Assembly (NCBI RefSeq): GCF_963921235.1
Contig: NC_086101.1
Span: 3,846,001-3,910,000 of the forward strand
Direction: 5' to 3'
DNA: 64,000 bases
From: Mobula hypostoma
Taxonomy: Eukaryota
Part shown: piece after piece, positions 60,601 to 64,000 of the stretch
How positions within the stretch are numbered: the stretch's first letter is position 1
Layout: each line of letters opens with the position of its first letter
Made by a program: the position numbers and the translations under genes
The notes under the pieces: generated by a model
What the model was told of the DNA's origin: nothing
What the model saw: only the letters and a program-made list of their open reading frames with translations
Databases searched by the model: none

Positions 60601-63600
60601 CGGTTCATTTTGGTAGGTCAAATATGATGGCAGAATATAGGCATAATAGTCAGACTCTTGGCAGTGTGGAGGATCAGAGGGATCTTGGGGTCCGAGTCTA
60701 TAGGACACTCAAGGCTGCTGCACAGGTTGACTCTGTGGTTAAGAAGGCATACGGTGCATTGTTGCAGCTATATAGGACCCTGGTCAGACCCCACTTGGTG
60801 TACTGTCCACAATTTAGGTCGTCTCACTGCAGGAAGGACGTGGAAACTGTAGAAAGGATGCAGAGGAGATTTACAAGGATGTTGCCTGGATTGGGGAGCA
60901 TGCTTTATCACAATAGGTTGAGTGAACTCGGAGTGACGGAGGATGAGAGGTGACCTGATAGAGGAGTACAAGATAAGGAGAGGCATTGATCATGTGGATA
61001 GTCAGAGGCTTTTTCCCAGGGCTGAAATGGCTAGCACGATAGGGCATACTTTTAAGATGCTTGGAAATAGGTACAGAGGAGATGTCACGCAGAGAGTGGT
61101 GAGTGAGTGGAATGGCTGCCGGCGGCGGTGGTAGAGGCGAAAACGATTGGGTCCTTTAAGCGACTCCTGGTTGGGTACATGGATCTTCAGAAAATAGAGG
61201 GCTGTGGGTAAGCCTCGGAAGTTCTAAGGTAAGGACATGTTCGGCACAGCTTTGTGAGCCGAAGGGCCTGTATTATGTTGTAGGTGTTTATGTTTCAGTG
61301 TTTCTAAGACACTCGTGAGACTACATTTAGATTACTGTGTGCAGTTTTGAGCTCCTTAATTTAGAAAGGATACACTAACATTGGCATAAGGAAATCACAG
61401 ATGCTGGAAATTCAAGCAACACACATCAAAGTTGCTGGTGAACGCAGCAGGCCAGGCAGCATCTCTAGGAAGCGGTACAGTCGACGTCTCAGGCCAAGAC
61501 CCTTCGCCAGGACTAACTGAAAGAAGAGCTAGTAAGAGATTTGAAAGTGGGAGGGGAGGGGGGTGAAATCCGAAATGATAGGAGAAGACAGGAGGGGGAG
61601 GGATGGAGCTAAGAGCTGGAAAGTTCATTGGCAAAAGGAAACCAGGCTGTAGAAGGGAGAGGATCATGGGACGGGAGGCCTAGGGAGAAAGAAAGGGGGA
61701 CGGGAGCGCCAGAGGAAGATGAAGAGCAGTCAAGGAGTGATTGTGAGAGGGGCAGACAGAGAAAAAAAGGAAAATAATATAAATAGAAATAAATTTAAAA
61801 AATAAATAAATAACTGTTGGGGTAAGAACGTGAGGAGGTGCATTAATGCAAGTTAGAGACGTCAGTGTTCATTCCATCAGGTTGGAGGCTACCCAGACGG
61901 AATATAAGATGTTGTTCCTCCAACCTGAGCGTGGCTTCATCTTTACAGCAGTGGAGGCCGTGGATAGACATATCAGAATGGGAATGGGACATGGAATTAA
62001 AATGTGTGGCCACTGGGAGATCCTGCTTTCTCCGGCGGACAGAGCGTTGGCCACACAGTTTAATTCCACGTCCCATTCCCATTCTGATATGTCTGTCCAC
62101 GGCCTCCTCTACTGTCAAGATGAAACTACACTCAGGCTGGAGGAACAACACCTTATATTCCGTCTGGATAGCCTCCAACCTGATGGCATGAACATTGACA
62201 TCTCTAACTTCTGTTAATGCCCCTCCTCCCATTCTTACCCCCATTCCTCATTAATTTATTTATTATTTATTTTTTCCCCTTTCTTTCTCCCTTTTCTCCC
62301 TCTGTCCACCTCACAATCACTCCTTGCCTGCTCTCCATCTTCCTCTGGCACTCCCCTCCCGCTTTCTTTCTCCCTTGGCCTCCCGTCCCATGATCCACAC
62401 CCTTCTCCAGCCTTCTATCCCTTTTGCCAATCAACCTTCCAGCTCTTAGCTCTATTCCTCTCCCTCCTGTCTTCTCCTATCATTTCGGATCTCCCCCTCC
62501 CCCTTTCAAATCTCTCACTATCTCTTCTTTCAGTTCGTGTTGACGAAGGGTCTCGGCCCATAATGTCGCCTGTACCTCTTCCTATGGATGCTGTCTGGCC
62601 TGCTGCGTTCCACCAGCATTTTGTGTGTATTACTAACATCGCAGAGGGTTCAGAGAAGATTCAGGAGAATGATTGCAGGAATGAAAGGGTTATCGTATGA
62701 GGACCAACTGGCAGCTCCTGGGCGGTGTTCTCTGTCGTTCAGGAGAATGGGGCGGGGGGGGATCTCATAGAACCATTCCAAATTTTAAAAGACCCGAACA
62801 GATCAGATATAACAAAGTTACTTCCCGTGATAGGGGCGTCTCGGACAAGAGGGCACGACTTCAGGATTGAAGGACGTCAATTTTGAACAGAGATGCAGAG
62901 AAATTACTTTAGTCAGAGGGTGGTAAATCTGTGGAGTTTGTTGCCATTAGCGGCTGTGGAGGCCAAGTCATTGGGTGCATTTAAGGCAGAGATAGATAGG
63001 TTCTTGATTAGCCAGGGCATCAAAGGGTATGGGGAGAAGGCAGGGGAGTGGGGACGACTGGAAGAATTGGATCAGCCGATAATTGAGGGCGGAGCAGACT
63101 CGATGGGCCGAATGGCCGACTGCTCCTCTGTCTTGTGGTTTTGAGATACACTCAGCATTTCAGGAACAGCTTCGTCCACTCCGCCATCAGATTTCTGAAT
63201 GGACAATGAACCCAGCAACACTTCCTCAGTATTTTCCCTCACTTTCTGCACGACTTTTAAAATTTATTTTAATTTTATTGTAATTTATATTTTTATTACT
63301 ATGTATTGCAATGTACTGCTGCCACAAAACAACAAATTTCACCACATATGCTGGAAATATCAATGCTGATTCTGATACACAAACCACACAGCTGGGCTCA
63401 GGCTCCCACATACTCCGCTTTGTGTCTCTCTGCGTACTCTGTGGCTGTCGGTCTGAAGCTCCAACTGTTCCAACACCTGCCCTTTCAATTCATGTCTGAG
63501 GGGGTTGTATCTGTTCACTGTTTGAGTCCTATATTAAACAGACAGCATTGACTGGGAAGGAGGGTTTGAATACAAGAATACAGATCTCCTCTGAAGTTAT

Positions 63601-64000
63601 TTGAGGTCCTGGTGAGAGCGGACATGGAACACTGTGCACAGGTCTGGTCTCCCTCCCAGAGTCAGCCTGCGGGATGAAGGGAATGAAAAAGTTTCCCAGA
63701 TTGATTTGGGGGTGAGTTCGTGTCCTCAGAGAGATTATCCTGACTGGGACTGTCTGAGAATTAGAGAAATGAGAAGTGGTCTCACTGGCACAGACACAGT
63801 CTCACAGAATATTGACAGGTTAGAGGTAGGAGTGATGTTCCCCCTGTGGGTGTGGAACTAGGGGTCAGAGACTCAAAATAAGAGATCACCTCAGCAGGAC
63901 TGAGATGAAGAGAAATTTTCTCACCTTGAGTGCGATGAATCCTTAGAAGTTTCTCCACGAGGTATCTAAATTCAAAAGGTAAATTCAGTGGCTCAGCGAG
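52423..64000 (+). repeat. Segmental/tandem duplication, copy B (runs off the right edge)
   Basis: Direct repeat of 1..12951 lacking the 4459-5813 insertion. Confidence 0.97.

Overview
Eukaryotic vertebrate DNA, most likely from a cartilaginous fish such as a ray. That assignment is inferred from the repeat content (abundant CR1 LINEs, HE1/V-SINE-like SINEs, Penelope-like elements) and the style of the TRIM gene. One intact host gene can be built by hand: a six-coding-exon class IV TRIM (RING, B-box2, coiled-coil, PRY/SPRY) on the + strand at 23170-40717, 1416 nt / 471 aa, with all introns GT-AG. The first ~13 kb (1-12951) is repeated in direct orientation at 52423-64000, implying a ~51-52 kb tandem unit, probably one TRIM gene per unit. 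Most remaining sequence is transposon-derived: CR1, Rex1/Babar, Penelope-like elements (PLEs), a Tc1 element, a mariner derivative, a solo LTR and SINEs. The most interesting non-obvious signals are: (1) many minimal hammerhead-ribozyme motifs in PLE termini, carried in palindromic insertions with target-site duplications (one is absent from the paralogous copy) and in miniature derivatives; (2) six bipartite CTCF-type motifs with identical spacing, including a homologous inverted pair; (3) an IRF/ISRE plus ETS motif just before the TRIM ATG; (4) an unassigned CpG-rich promoter-like island at ~13.1-13.6 kb. No prokaryotic features or CRISPR arrays. Most ORFs in the supplied track are TE fragments or spurious. 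Repeat boundaries are read by eye and approximate unless a TSD or TIR is quoted.
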